Translations under genes and position numbers: made by a program
The notes under the pieces: generated by a model
The model's database searches: none
The model's input: only the letters and a program-made list of their open reading frames with translations
Told to the model about the DNA's origin: nothing
Shown here: one piece after another, positions 1 through 9,664 of the stretch
Position numbering within the stretch: the stretch's first letter is position 1
Layout: each line of letters begins with the position of its first letter
Source: a bacterium BMS3Abin01
Lineage (GTDB): Bacteria > Actinomycetota > Thermoleophilia > BMS3ABIN01
Assembly: GCA_002897715.1 (NCBI GenBank)
Contig: BDUA01000011.1
Location: 1 to 59,514 of the forward strand
Direction of reading: 5' to 3'
Length of the DNA: 59,514 nt

Positions 1-2
1 CG

Positions 3-635
3 GTAAACCCCCTGGGTAACCTGGAAGGGGTGTCGGTGGGCGCCCTGGGCCAGGTAGATATAAGTGGCTGGGCCATAGATCCCGGTACCGCTGACCCCAT
101 AGAGGTCCACGTCTACGTGAACGGCCAGTGGGGCGGCGCCTTCACCGCCGGTGGCTACCGGCCCGACGTGGGCGGCGCCTACCCGGGCTATGGCGACAAC
201 CATGGCTTCAGCGGGTCTGTCCGCGCCAATGACGCCAGCAACACCGTCTGCGCCTACGGCATCAACACCGGCGCGGGAGACACCAACTCCCTGCTGGGGT
301 GCAAGGTGATCGATGTTCCCGTCGGTCCCATCGGCAATCTGGACGGGGTGTCGGCCGGCACTCCGGGCCGGCTCGATGTGGGTGGCTGGGCCATCGACCC
401 TGATACCACCGACCCCATAGAGGTCCATATCTACGTAAACGGCCGGTGGGGCGGTGCCTTCACCGCCGGCGGCAGCCGGACCGACGTGGGCGCCGTCTAT
501 CCGGGCTACGGCGACAACCACGGCTTCAGCGGCAGCGTGACCGCCGCCGTCTCGGAAAGCTACACGGTGTGCGCCTACGGCATCAACGTAGGACCGGGAG
601 ACACCAATCCCTTGCTGGGTTGCCGAACCACGTGA
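3..635 (+). CDS. 3' part of a surface protein ending in two GWAxDPD modules (5' end outside window)
   Basis: Frame is open from the window edge (gta aac ccc ctg ggt aac ctg). Contains two modules GWAIDP...HGFSG...VCAYGIN...LLGC. Confidence 0.85.
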   Translation, partial: VNPLGNLEGVSVGALGQVDISGWAIDPGTADPIEVHVYVNGQWGGAFTAGGYRPDVGGAYPGYGDNHGFSGSVRANDASNTVCAYGINTGAGDTNSLLGCKVIDVPVGPIGNLDGVSAGTPGRLDVGGWAIDPDTTDPIEVHIYVNGRWGGAFTAGGSRTDVGAVYPGYGDNHGFSGSVTAAVSESYTVCAYGINVGPGDTNPLLGCRTT

Positions 636-675
636 GGAATGAGTGTTAAGAACCTCCGGCAGCAGCTGAGGAAAC

Positions 676-2010
676 TCACGGCAGTCTCCTTTTTATTCTA
701 CCGGCAGCCCGTTTGAAACAACCAGCCAACCGCCGCCGGCTGCTCCAGTTCTTCCCAGGGCCGGGAATGCTGATAGCCAGCCTGCTGACGGTAGCATCGT
801 TCCGGTCCGCGTAGGCGATACTTTTGAGAAACCTTTTTATCGGTTGCGTGGTTTCCGACCAGTGGAATTCTGCGGCTACAGTCCGGAGGTTGCTGCTACA
901 ACGGCTACGGAGTTCATCATCATCCAGCAACCTCTCGATGGCATCAGCATAAGCCCGGGCATCACCGGGTCTGGTAACGAGCCCCAGCTTACGGTGCTGC
1001 ACCATGCTGCTGAGCGAGTCGCCATAGGTGGAGACGATCGGTAACGAAGACCAGATGCAGTCCAGGATTCTCGTGCGGAAGGAAAAACGGGTTTCGATGT
1101 GGTCGATATTGGCATTTACGCCCAGGTCGGACTCCAGCAGGAAGTTGACACGGTCCTTGTAAGCGACCCACCGGTCGTTAAAGAACACACTGCTGTTGAG
1201 GACACCCAGCTCACGGCTGAGCAGCAGCGCTTCGTCGTAGGCCCTCATCCTGGGAACGTTGGGGTCCGGATGCCCGGTACCCATGAAAAAAAGCTTTATG
1301 TCGCCACGTTTCTTAGCCAGGCTGGCTACCGCTCTGATGGGAGTGAATGGATCCAGCCAGTTATAAACGCCGCCACCCCAGAGCAGGATCTTATCGCCTG
1401 CACCGATTCCCGGATAAACTCCCTTCAGGACTTTTCCTGTAGCAACCGGTGGTTTGTCGGGAAGACCGAAAGGCACCACATCGATCAACTGATACAGGGA
1501 CTGGTCGTTATTGAAGCTCACCGGGTCCACCCGTCCGGCTGCGGACAGGAGACCCAGCCAGTAGTCCCTCTGCCGCTTTGAGGCACATATGAAAAAGTTA
1601 CCGAAGGCTAACTGTTCGATAATCGCAGACAGGACGTTTTCCTGCGTGGCGTTTTGCTCTGGGAGTCCGGCATGCTGGAACTGCGCCAGCGCCTCCAGGG
1701 CCATGGGGACGTAAAGATCGACGATAAGATACTTGCCAAGCTTCTTTATAGCGGGGAAATTATTGAGGATAAATCCCTGGCAGAGTATAGCGTCGCAGCT
1801 TGAAACCTGTTTGACCAGTGTCTTGTCTGAATAAGTAATCAGGTCGAAACCCTTGGGAGTAAGGTCGGACTCTTCCGGCGAGAATAACCTTACATCAGCT
1901 GTGTCGGCGAGCGCTCTGGCGAACTCCCAGCAGCGAATGCCCGGTCCCGCCATGGAGTCGGAGATCCGTTGATGGCTGATGATACCCAGGGTTATGTTGC
2001 CACCGGGCAA
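676..2010 (-). CDS. Glycosyltransferase, GT-B fold, family 4-like
   Basis: N-terminal MAGPGIRCWEFARAL; C-terminal ETRFSFRTRILDCIWSSLPIV nucleotide-sugar-binding region. Start moved to TTG 2010 (GAGGT upstream) to avoid overlapping the upstream stop at 2045. Confidence 0.8.
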   Translation of the reverse strand: MPGGNITLGIISHQRISDSMAGPGIRCWEFARALADTADVRLFSPEESDLTPKGFDLITYSDKTLVKQVSSCDAILCQGFILNNFPAIKKLGKYLIVDLYVPMALEALAQFQHAGLPEQNATQENVLSAIIEQLAFGNFFICASKRQRDYWLGLLSAAGRVDPVSFNNDQSLYQLIDVVPFGLPDKPPVATGKVLKGVYPGIGAGDKILLWGGGVYNWLDPFTPIRAVASLAKKRGDIKLFFMGTGHPDPNVPRMRAYDEALLLSRELGVLNSSVFFNDRWVAYKDRVNFLLESDLGVNANIDHIETRFSFRTRILDCIWSSLPIVSTYGDSLSSMVQHRKLGLVTRPGDARAYADAIERLLDDDELRSRCSSNLRTVAAEFHWSETTQPIKRFLKSIAYADRNDATVSRLAISIPGPGKNWSSRRRLAGCFKRAAGRIKRRLP

Positions 2011-2044
2011 TTTATCTACCTCTGGTTTCCGGTGAGCAACGGGA

Positions 2045-5000
2045 TCAGGACGTACTGTAGATGGCAACCCGGACATTCATATCGGTAGACAGGGGCTGGA
2101 TAACAGTGCCCTGATAATAGTAAGTGAGGATGTCGTTGAAACTGTCACCGCGCTCCGCCCGCATATAGGCTCCGTGGCCGCTCATGCCCACTCCGTGGCC
2201 GTTAAGAGCCATGCCGGCACAGTCCGGGTCGGGAACACTGGTCAGCCAGGGCCAGTAAGTGACTCCCCAGGCTTCCTGCGCCGAACGGGTCCTGCCATCC
2301 GAATTGGAGAAATAAGGCGTGATGGCCAAGGAACCATTATATGTCACCACCAGACCGTTGGTGGCGGTAACGGCGGCAGTCAGATCGGGGAAGCGTGCTT
2401 CCAGACCGTAGCCCTTGTATACCTGGTCATCGCCGTTGCCGTTACGGCTGTTCTTCAGGTGGAAGATATCCTGGCCGTTTTCGTAATACTTGCCGCCCCG
2501 GTTCACATGATAGAGAGCGTAATCACGGGCAGCGACGCTCATGGTTTTCAGGAATTCCTGCGGCGCCCCCGAGCTGCTTTCAGCGATCCCTCTCAGGTAG
2601 AGTTCCAGCGGCAGGTCATTGATGACCCAGACCTTTTGGGAAACGGGGGAATAACGGATTTCAACCGAGCCCCGGAAACGGTTATCGTCGAGGCTGGTAT
2701 CCCATGACGGGATATCGTGATAGGAGGTTACCTGCATTATCCCTTCAGCGTTTACCGGGTTCAGCCGGACATATGCCTGACTGGTCCTGCTGACGCCGGG
2801 TGCCTGGATGAAATATTCATCCGAGGAATAGCTCACAGTTACTGTCTCGCCGGCGTTAAAGGTAGCAAGCAGGGTCCCGTCGCCGTCGACGGCATTGAAA
2901 GCCGTGTCAGATGTCAAGGTGATCGGCACCCCGGGAGCTGGAACCGTGGTGCAGCCCAGGAAGGCGTTGTTCCCCAGCCCGGTATTTATGCTGTAGGCGC
3001 AGATATCATTACTGGCGGCGCTTACCGGCACAGTACCGCTGAAGCCGTGGGCAGCGCCGTAGCCGGGATAGGCGGCGCCCACATCGGTCCTGGTGGTATC
3101 GGCGGTAAAGGCGCCGCCCCACTGGCCGTTGACGTAGATGTGGATCTGGATGGGGTCGGTGGTGTCCGGGTCGATGGCCCAGCCGCTTACATCAACCTCG
3201 CCCGGGGCAGCCATCGACACCCCGTCCAGGTTGCCGAAGGGGTCTCCCGACAGCACGTCGACGACCTTGCATCCCAGCAGGGGGTTGGTGTCTCCCGCGC
3301 CCACGTTGATGCCGTAGGCGCACACCGTGTGCTGCCCGGGGGATACATTGTCCAGCTGGGCGCTGTAGCCGTGGTTGTCGCCGTAGCCCGGGTAGGCGGA
3401 GCCCACATCGGTCCGGGCGCTGTCGGCGGTAAAGGCGGTGACGTACTGATCGTCCACGTACAGGTGCACATCGATGGGGTCGGTGGTGTCCGGGTCGATG
3501 CCCCAGCCGTTCACATCAACCTGTCCCGGGTTTGCTACAGACGCACTGTCCAGGTTGCCGAAGGGGTCTCCCGACAGCACGTCGACGACCGTGCATCCCA
3601 GCAGGTTGTTGCCTCCGGGGCCGGTATTGATGCCGTAGGTACATACGGTGTGCGGCCCGGAGGATACATTGTCCAGCTGGGCGCTGTAGCCGTGGTTGTC
3701 GCCGTAGCCCGGGTAGGCGCCGCCCACGTCGGTCCGGGCGCCGTCGGCGGTAAAGGCGGTGACGTACTGATCGTCCACGTACAGGTGCACATCGATGGGG
3801 TCGGTGGTGTCCGGGTCGATGGCCCAGCCGCTCACATCAACCTGTCCCGGGTTTGCTACAGACGCACTGTCCAGGTTGCCGAAGGGGTCTCCCGACAGCA
3901 CGTCGACGACCGTGCATCCCAGCAGGGTGTTGGTGTCTCCCGCGCCCACGTTGATGCTGTAGGCGCACACCGTGTGCTGTCCGGGGGATACATCGTCCAG
4001 CTGGGCGCTGTAGCCGTGGTTGTCGCCGTAGCCCGGGTAGGCGCCGCCCACGTCGGTCCGGGCGCCGTCGGCGGTAAAGGCAGCGGCGAACCGGTCATCC
4101 ACATAGATATGCACGTCTATAGGGTCGGTAACGTCCGGGTCGATGGCCCAGCCGTTCACCTGGAAGCCAAAGGGGAGTCCCTGCCATGAGTCCAGGTTGC
4201 CGAAGGGATCACTGGGAATCGTCACGACCTCACATCCCAGCAGGGGGTTGGTGTCTCCCGCGCCTACGTTGATGCCATAGGTACACACGGTATGCGGGCC
4301 GGGGGATATGTTATTGATCTGGGCGCTGTAGCCGTGGTTATCGCCATGGCCCGGGAAGGCGGCGCCCACGTCGGTCCGGGCGCCGTCGGCGGTAAAGGCG
4401 GTGACGTACTGATCGTCCACGTACAGGTGCACATCGATGGGGTCGGTGGTATCGGGGTCGATGGCCCAGCCGTTCACCTGGAAGCCGAGGGTGATTCCCT
4501 GCAGGGAATCGATATTGCCGAAGGGATCACTGGAAATCGTCACGACCTCACATCCCAGCAGGGGGTTGGTGTCTCCCGCGCCTACGTTGATGCCATAGGT
4601 ACACACCATGTGTTGCCCGGGGGATACATTGTCGATCTGGGCGCTGTAGCCGTGGTTGTCGCCAAATCCCGGGTAGGCGGCGCCCACGTCGGGCCGGGCG
4701 CCGTCGGCGGTAAAGGTGGTGACGTACTGATCGTCCACGTACAGGTGCACATCGATGGGGTCGGTGGTATCGGGGTCGATGACCCAGCCGTTCATCTGGA
4801 AGCCGAGGGGGGCCGCCTGCAATGAGTCGACGTTGCCAAGGGGGTCGTTACCTAGGGAGTTGCCGGAAACGTCCACAGTGCTGCACCCCAGCAGGTTGTT
4901 GCCTCCGGCGCCGGTATTGATGCCGTAGGCACACACCGTATGCGGGCCGGGGGATATGTTATTGATCTGGGCGCTGAAGCCGTGGTTGTCGCCGTAGCCC

Positions 5001-5881
5001 GGGTAGGCGGCGCCCACGTCGGGCCGGGCGCCGTCGGCGGTAAAGGCGGTGACGTACTGATCGTCCACGTACAGGTGCACATCGATGGGATCGGTGGTAT
5101 CGGGGTCGATGGCCCAGCCGTTCACCTGGAAGCCGAGGGGGGTTCCCTGCAGGGAATCGATATTGCCGAGGGGGTAAAACAGCGGCACACTGAACCACCT
5201 CTCGGAAATAATGACGAAATTCTGATTGCCATGGAAGTGAGGCGTATATCTGTACAGGGATGCAGTCGCGCCGTTCTGTAAATAGACCGGTGTATCATCA
5301 ATTGTAATAGTGTCGCCGGTCAGGTATGGAGCGACCCGCGAATCACGGCTGTTGGCCAGGTCCATGTTCCAGCGGAGCTGCCAGGTGCCCCAGTCGACCT
5401 GCATGGCCAGGCCCGGATAGGACGAACAGGGGCTGGAGTCAGGGCAACCGTAACCCATGGCCCAGTCGATCGCCCAGGCCGGCGGCGCCGGGTTGGTGAT
5501 AAGGCTCTGTTCTTTCTGCAGGGTGGCCAGGATGACCTGAGGGTTTATTCCATACCAGTTTGCCACATTCCATATTATCTTTGAGGCACGCCAGCCCCTG
5601 GCGGCAATGTCGTTATTGGGGCCGATATAGGAATCCCTGGTTTCATAATAATCGGCGAGATAGCTGCCCTTGGATTCCAGAAAGGCCTGAACATCAGCTT
5701 CAGTCATGGTTGCCGTGTTGGTAAAGGCCGGGTCGGAAATTATATACGATGGGTTGAAGTCAGCCCTGGCGCTGCCATTGATATTCACCAGGATGACTAT
5801 CAGTAAAGCGAACAACGTAGAGACAGCCCACCTGGTGCAAGAAAAAAAAGCGGTCCGGTTTTCAACTTTATTATCCATCAT
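2045..5881 (-). CDS. Secreted multidomain peptidoglycan enzyme: N-terminal putative lysozyme-like domain, 7 GWAxDPD modules, C-terminal SpoIID/LytB domain
   Basis: Signal peptide. N-domain GINPQVILATLQKEQSLI...LYRYTPH. SpoIID motifs LELYLRGIAE, AARDYALY, DDQVYKG, YFSNSDGRT, GHGVGMS...ILTYYYQG. Confidence 0.85.
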   Translation of the reverse strand: MMDNKVENRTAFFSCTRWAVSTLFALLIVILVNINGSARADFNPSYIISDPAFTNTATMTEADVQAFLESKGSYLADYYETRDSYIGPNNDIAARGWRASKIIWNVANWYGINPQVILATLQKEQSLITNPAPPAWAIDWAMGYGCPDSSPCSSYPGLAMQVDWGTWQLRWNMDLANSRDSRVAPYLTGDTITIDDTPVYLQNGATASLYRYTPHFHGNQNFVIISERWFSVPLFYPLGNIDSLQGTPLGFQVNGWAIDPDTTDPIDVHLYVDDQYVTAFTADGARPDVGAAYPGYGDNHGFSAQINNISPGPHTVCAYGINTGAGGNNLLGCSTVDVSGNSLGNDPLGNVDSLQAAPLGFQMNGWVIDPDTTDPIDVHLYVDDQYVTTFTADGARPDVGAAYPGFGDNHGYSAQIDNVSPGQHMVCTYGINVGAGDTNPLLGCEVVTISSDPFGNIDSLQGITLGFQVNGWAIDPDTTDPIDVHLYVDDQYVTAFTADGARTDVGAAFPGHGDNHGYSAQINNISPGPHTVCTYGINVGAGDTNPLLGCEVVTIPSDPFGNLDSWQGLPFGFQVNGWAIDPDVTDPIDVHIYVDDRFAAAFTADGARTDVGGAYPGYGDNHGYSAQLDDVSPGQHTVCAYSINVGAGDTNTLLGCTVVDVLSGDPFGNLDSASVANPGQVDVSGWAIDPDTTDPIDVHLYVDDQYVTAFTADGARTDVGGAYPGYGDNHGYSAQLDNVSSGPHTVCTYGINTGPGGNNLLGCTVVDVLSGDPFGNLDSASVANPGQVDVNGWGIDPDTTDPIDVHLYVDDQYVTAFTADSARTDVGSAYPGYGDNHGYSAQLDNVSPGQHTVCAYGINVGAGDTNPLLGCKVVDVLSGDPFGNLDGVSMAAPGEVDVSGWAIDPDTTDPIQIHIYVNGQWGGAFTADTTRTDVGAAYPGYGAAHGFSGTVPVSAASNDICAYSINTGLGNNAFLGCTTVPAPGVPITLTSDTAFNAVDGDGTLLATFNAGETVTVSYSSDEYFIQAPGVSRTSQAYVRLNPVNAEGIMQVTSYHDIPSWDTSLDDNRFRGSVEIRYSPVSQKVWVINDLPLELYLRGIAESSSGAPQEFLKTMSVAARDYALYHVNRGGKYYENGQDIFHLKNSRNGNGDDQVYKGYGLEARFPDLTAAVTATNGLVVTYNGSLAITPYFSNSDGRTRSAQEAWGVTYWPWLTSVPDPDCAGMALNGHGVGMSGHGAYMRAERGDSFNDILTYYYQGTVIQPLSTDMNVRVAIYSTS
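2945..5175 (-). repeat. Seven tandem ~320 bp intragenic repeats (GWAxDPD module)
   Basis: caggttgccgaaggggtctcccgacagcacgtcgacgacc recurs at 3227, 3551 and 3872 (324 and 321 bp spacing). Boundaries approximate. Confidence 0.95.
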
Positions 5882-5909
5882 TGAATAATCGGCTCTCTGA
5901 TAAAAACTA

Positions 5910-6521
5910 TTACTGCGAACCGGTATAGGTTTTTATGCCCCCGGCGGAGTCTACATCTGACCTTGAGATTGTGAACTCTTCGGTAACAGCCACATATTTC
6001 CCGTCCTCAACCTTTAGGGCTCGAACGGTTTTTGTCTCCTGTTCAGCTGATATCTCACCGGCATCGAGGCCGCCGGCACCCGAGTACATGACGTTCTCGA
6101 ACGTTGTATGCCATTGACCTGATTCTTTCTCCTGTATAGTGAAACTGCCGGGCCCGTCAAGATAAAAGAATATGGAGATGTTCTTCTCGTTGATCCCCTT
6201 CTGGGCGGTGACGGTAGCGCTTAGCTTCGCCAGCGGCGGATGGTCAATAGTGGGTGCTGTGACGCCAGTCGTATCTTCTGGAACCGGCGGTAGATCATAA
6301 TTCCCGCTATTATCGGTTTTTACAGCTGCCCCTGACGAGATGGTATCTATCAAGGCACCTGTCTTTGTGGTCTCGTCCGGCTTGTCCGTGACCGTACCCG
6401 CCCGCTTCTCTGCATTCTGTGTTCCATCACAGGCCATCACAGGGAATACAAAGATTCCAACGGCGGTGATAATAAGTAAACTGATTATGATTGCTTTAAT
6501 CTTTTTATCCATGATCATCAT
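5910..6521 (-). CDS. Secreted or membrane-anchored hypothetical protein
   Basis: N-terminal KKIK plus hydrophobic helix, T/D/P-rich linker, beta-rich C-terminus. Co-oriented with neighbours. Confidence 0.7.
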   Translation of the reverse strand: MMIMDKKIKAIIISLLIITAVGIFVFPVMACDGTQNAEKRAGTVTDKPDETTKTGALIDTISSGAAVKTDNSGNYDLPPVPEDTTGVTAPTIDHPPLAKLSATVTAQKGINEKNISIFFYLDGPGSFTIQEKESGQWHTTFENVMYSGAGGLDAGEISAEQETKTVRALKVEDGKYVAVTEEFTISRSDVDSAGGIKTYTGSQ

Positions 6522-6732
6522 AGTTCGCGACTACCGCCCAGGGCTTTCTGACAATGATAATTAAAAGGGGGAATAGTATTCATTTTTCTAAAGGATCTCA
6601 ATATCCTTTTAATTCATACCCCGGAGATGCTTCCGGTTACACCTCTGGGCTGGTTAAGGGCTCGCGGCAAATTGTTATCTGGGGGTAAAATCAGCATGCA
6701 GCGGTCGCAAAAAGTGCGTCCCGGCGCCGCCC

Positions 6733-9540
6733 CTATATCTGACGGCACCCCAGCAGGGGGTTGGTGTCTCCCGCCCCCAGGTTGATGCCGTAGGCGCAGA
6801 CGGTGTAGCTTCCCGAGACGGCGGCGGTCACGCTGCCGCTGAAGCCGTGGCTGTCGCCGTAGCCCGGGTAGGCCGAACCCACGTCGGTCCGGGTACCGTC
6901 GGCGGTGAAGGCGCCGCCCCACTGGCCGTTCACGTAGATATGTACCTGGATGGGGCCGGTGGTGCCGGGGTCGATAGCCCAGCCGCCCATGTCTATCTGG
7001 ACATGGTCGGGGTCGGAGGGGTCGGGGCTGCCCAGGGAGAGCGAGTTCAGGTCACCGAAGGGGTTTACCGGCACATCGATCACCTTGCACCCCAGCAGGG
7101 GGTTGGTGTCTCCCGCCCCCTGGTTGATGCCGTAGGCGCAGACGGTGTTGACAGCGGAGCGAACCGCTACGCTGCCGCTGAAGCCGTGGCTGTCGCCGTA
7201 GCCCGGGAAGGCGGAACCCACGTCGGTCCGGGTGGCGTCGGCGGTGAAGGCGCCGCCCCACTGGCCGTTCACGTAGATGTGTACTGCTATGGGTTCAGCG
7301 GTGCCGGGGTCCAGGGCCCAGCCGCTCACATCGAGCTGGCCCGGAGCACCTGCCGATACTCCTTCCAGGTTACCGAAGGGGTTTACCGGCACATCGATCA
7401 CTCTGCATCCCAGCAGGGAATTACCTCCCGGCCCGGTGTTGATGCCGTAGGCGCAGACCGTGTTGCGGGCGGCGCTAACCGGGATGGTGCCGCTGAAGCC
7501 GTGGTCAGGCGCGTAATCCGGGTAGCTGTTATCCACGTCTGCCCGCGGGTCGTTTGCCGTCAGCACCCCGCCCCACTGGCCGTTCACGTAGATGTGTACC
7601 TGGATGGGTTCGATGCTGTCCGGGTCGATGGCCCAGCCGCCCAGGCTGAGCTGGTTGGGGCCGGCCAGGGAAAGGGAATTCAGGTCACCGAAGGGGTCCA
7701 CCGGCACATCGATCACCTTGCACCCCAGCAGGGGGTTGGTGTCTCGCACCCCGGCGTTGATGGCGTAAGTACACACCGTATGTGGACCGGAAGATACATT
7801 ATCGATCCGCGCGCTGTAGCCGTGGTCATCCCCATATCCCGGGTAGACGGCGCCCACATCGGTCCTGGTGTTATCGGCGGTAAAGGCAGAGACGTACCGG
7901 CCGTCCATATAAAGATGCACATCGATGGGCTCGGTAACATCCGGATCGATGGCCCAGCCATCCACATTGATCTGGTTGGGGCCGGTCAGGGAAAGTGAGT
8001 TCAGGTCACCGAAGGGATCCACCGGCACATCGATCACCTTGCACCCCAGCAGGGGGTTGCTGTCTCCCGCCCCCACATTGATACCGTAGGTACACACCGT
8101 GTGAGGACCGGAGGATACATTATCTATCTGCGCGCTGTAGCCGTGGCTGTCCCCGTAGCCCGGATAGGCGGCGCCCACGTCGGGCCGGCTGCCGTCGGCG
8201 CTAAAGGCAGTGATGTACCGGTCGTCCATATAAATGTGTACCTCGACAGGGCCGGTGGTGTCAAAGTCGATGGCCCAGCCGCTAGAGATAATTTGCCCAG
8301 GACCAGTTATGGCTACAGAGTCCAACGTTCCGTGCGGCCTGACAAAATCAACGTAGGCATCATTGCGCAGTGAAGGCAGATACTGATAAAGATTATCGCC
8401 CGGGCATGTTGTTGAAATCACATCCCTGTGTCCCAGGTAGTTGGGAAGGTAAGTTCCATTGAGATAATCGTTTCCGAGGGGATTGATCTGATTGACGATG
8501 GATTTCCAGGTCATCAGTTCCACCAGGGCCTTGTATGTCTGGGACGATACTTCCCCGCTTCTGTAATCGCCCAGAACGGCGATTCCGATCGAGCCGTAAT
8601 TCCAGCTCAGAGCGTGTCCGCCTATTACACCGTTCCCGCCATAGCGGCCTTCATATATATTTCCGTTACGGTCAACCAGGAAGTTGTAACCGATATCACC
8701 CCAACCCAGACTTACAGCATGATAATAATATATTGACCTTACCGTAGCTGCCGGATTCGAGTCGAAGTTGTTTGTAACAGTATGGTGGATTATCTGTTTC
8801 CTGGGTGTCTGGTACTCCGGCTCCCAGGTCATGTAATCCTCATCGGCGCCCCATTGGGCTCTGGAGATGATAGCCGGCTGGGCGCTGGCGGGCGGAGGCT
8901 GGGCAAAGGCGCCAACCTTTCTCCAGATAGCAGCCGGAGACAGCGGTGATTCATGGTAGCCCATAGCGTCGATATAACTGGCGGTCAGCCTGCTTACCGT
9001 CGGTGACTCACCAGCCTGGTTGCTGGTTAGATTAAGCCTGTACTGGAAAAAACGCGCTTCATCATAAAAGACAAGCTGACCTATTGTCTCCCCGGCCGAT
9101 TTCGTTTCATTGACATGATCCGGTACTGCATCATCGGCAACCGGGACCTTCAGCCAGTCACCCCAGTTCGTACCATCCCGGCTGAATCTTACTTCCGCCT
9201 CTACGCCACCGCCATCCGGCACATCTTCGACCCAATGGAGCCCCAGGGCGTTAAAAGCGTAGTCCGCCTGCAGCCGGCCGGAAGTATAGGTGCCGGCTGA
9301 TTCCGCCTCTGAAAGCATGATTACTTGTTGTCCAGTTCCGGTTATAGATGTTACGGAAGCGCCCTCCGTCGCTCCTTCGAGGAAATCAGAGCCTGACAGG
9401 ACAATATCGTCACCGATGGTCTCCGGCGGGGCCTGGTTACCACCGAACCCTCCGCTCGCCAGGGTAAAGACGACCAGGGCCAGAATGACTCCGGCGGTAA
9501 AGAATAAGCTACGATTCTTGATATTCAAAACCATTTCCAC
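6733..9540 (-). CDS. Secreted N-acetylmuramoyl-L-alanine amidase (Amidase_2/PGRP-like) with 5 GWAxDPD modules
   Basis: ISRAQWGAD, IIHHTVT, GWGDIGYNFLVD, GGHA, GHRDVISTTCPG (His/His/Cys zinc ligands). N-terminal signal/TM helix. Confidence 0.9.
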   Translation of the reverse strand: MEMVLNIKNRSLFFTAGVILALVVFTLASGGFGGNQAPPETIGDDIVLSGSDFLEGATEGASVTSITGTGQQVIMLSEAESAGTYTSGRLQADYAFNALGLHWVEDVPDGGGVEAEVRFSRDGTNWGDWLKVPVADDAVPDHVNETKSAGETIGQLVFYDEARFFQYRLNLTSNQAGESPTVSRLTASYIDAMGYHESPLSPAAIWRKVGAFAQPPPASAQPAIISRAQWGADEDYMTWEPEYQTPRKQIIHHTVTNNFDSNPAATVRSIYYYHAVSLGWGDIGYNFLVDRNGNIYEGRYGGNGVIGGHALSWNYGSIGIAVLGDYRSGEVSSQTYKALVELMTWKSIVNQINPLGNDYLNGTYLPNYLGHRDVISTTCPGDNLYQYLPSLRNDAYVDFVRPHGTLDSVAITGPGQIISSGWAIDFDTTGPVEVHIYMDDRYITAFSADGSRPDVGAAYPGYGDSHGYSAQIDNVSSGPHTVCTYGINVGAGDSNPLLGCKVIDVPVDPFGDLNSLSLTGPNQINVDGWAIDPDVTEPIDVHLYMDGRYVSAFTADNTRTDVGAVYPGYGDDHGYSARIDNVSSGPHTVCTYAINAGVRDTNPLLGCKVIDVPVDPFGDLNSLSLAGPNQLSLGGWAIDPDSIEPIQVHIYVNGQWGGVLTANDPRADVDNSYPDYAPDHGFSGTIPVSAARNTVCAYGINTGPGGNSLLGCRVIDVPVNPFGNLEGVSAGAPGQLDVSGWALDPGTAEPIAVHIYVNGQWGGAFTADATRTDVGSAFPGYGDSHGFSGSVAVRSAVNTVCAYGINQGAGDTNPLLGCKVIDVPVNPFGDLNSLSLGSPDPSDPDHVQIDMGGWAIDPGTTGPIQVHIYVNGQWGGAFTADGTRTDVGSAYPGYGDSHGFSGSVTAAVSGSYTVCAYGINLGAGDTNPLLGCRQI
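6745..8337 (-). repeat. Five tandem GWAxDPD modules
   Basis: Five GWA(I/L)D(P/F) ... LLGC units in the translation. Boundaries approximate. Confidence 0.95.
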
Positions 9541-9664
9541 TTTAGTTATTTACCACTCTCATTCATGACGTTCTTCCAAACATTTATATAATATTTACGC
9601 AGTTTTATCTGCACATCGGAACATATATCCTTTACTGACTATAATACTCGGTCAAAAAAATCTT

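Noticed and set aside
2717-7998. Long plus-strand ORFs 2717-4189 and 6847-7998
   Set aside because: Antisense shadows of repetitive GC-rich genes with no motifs of their own.
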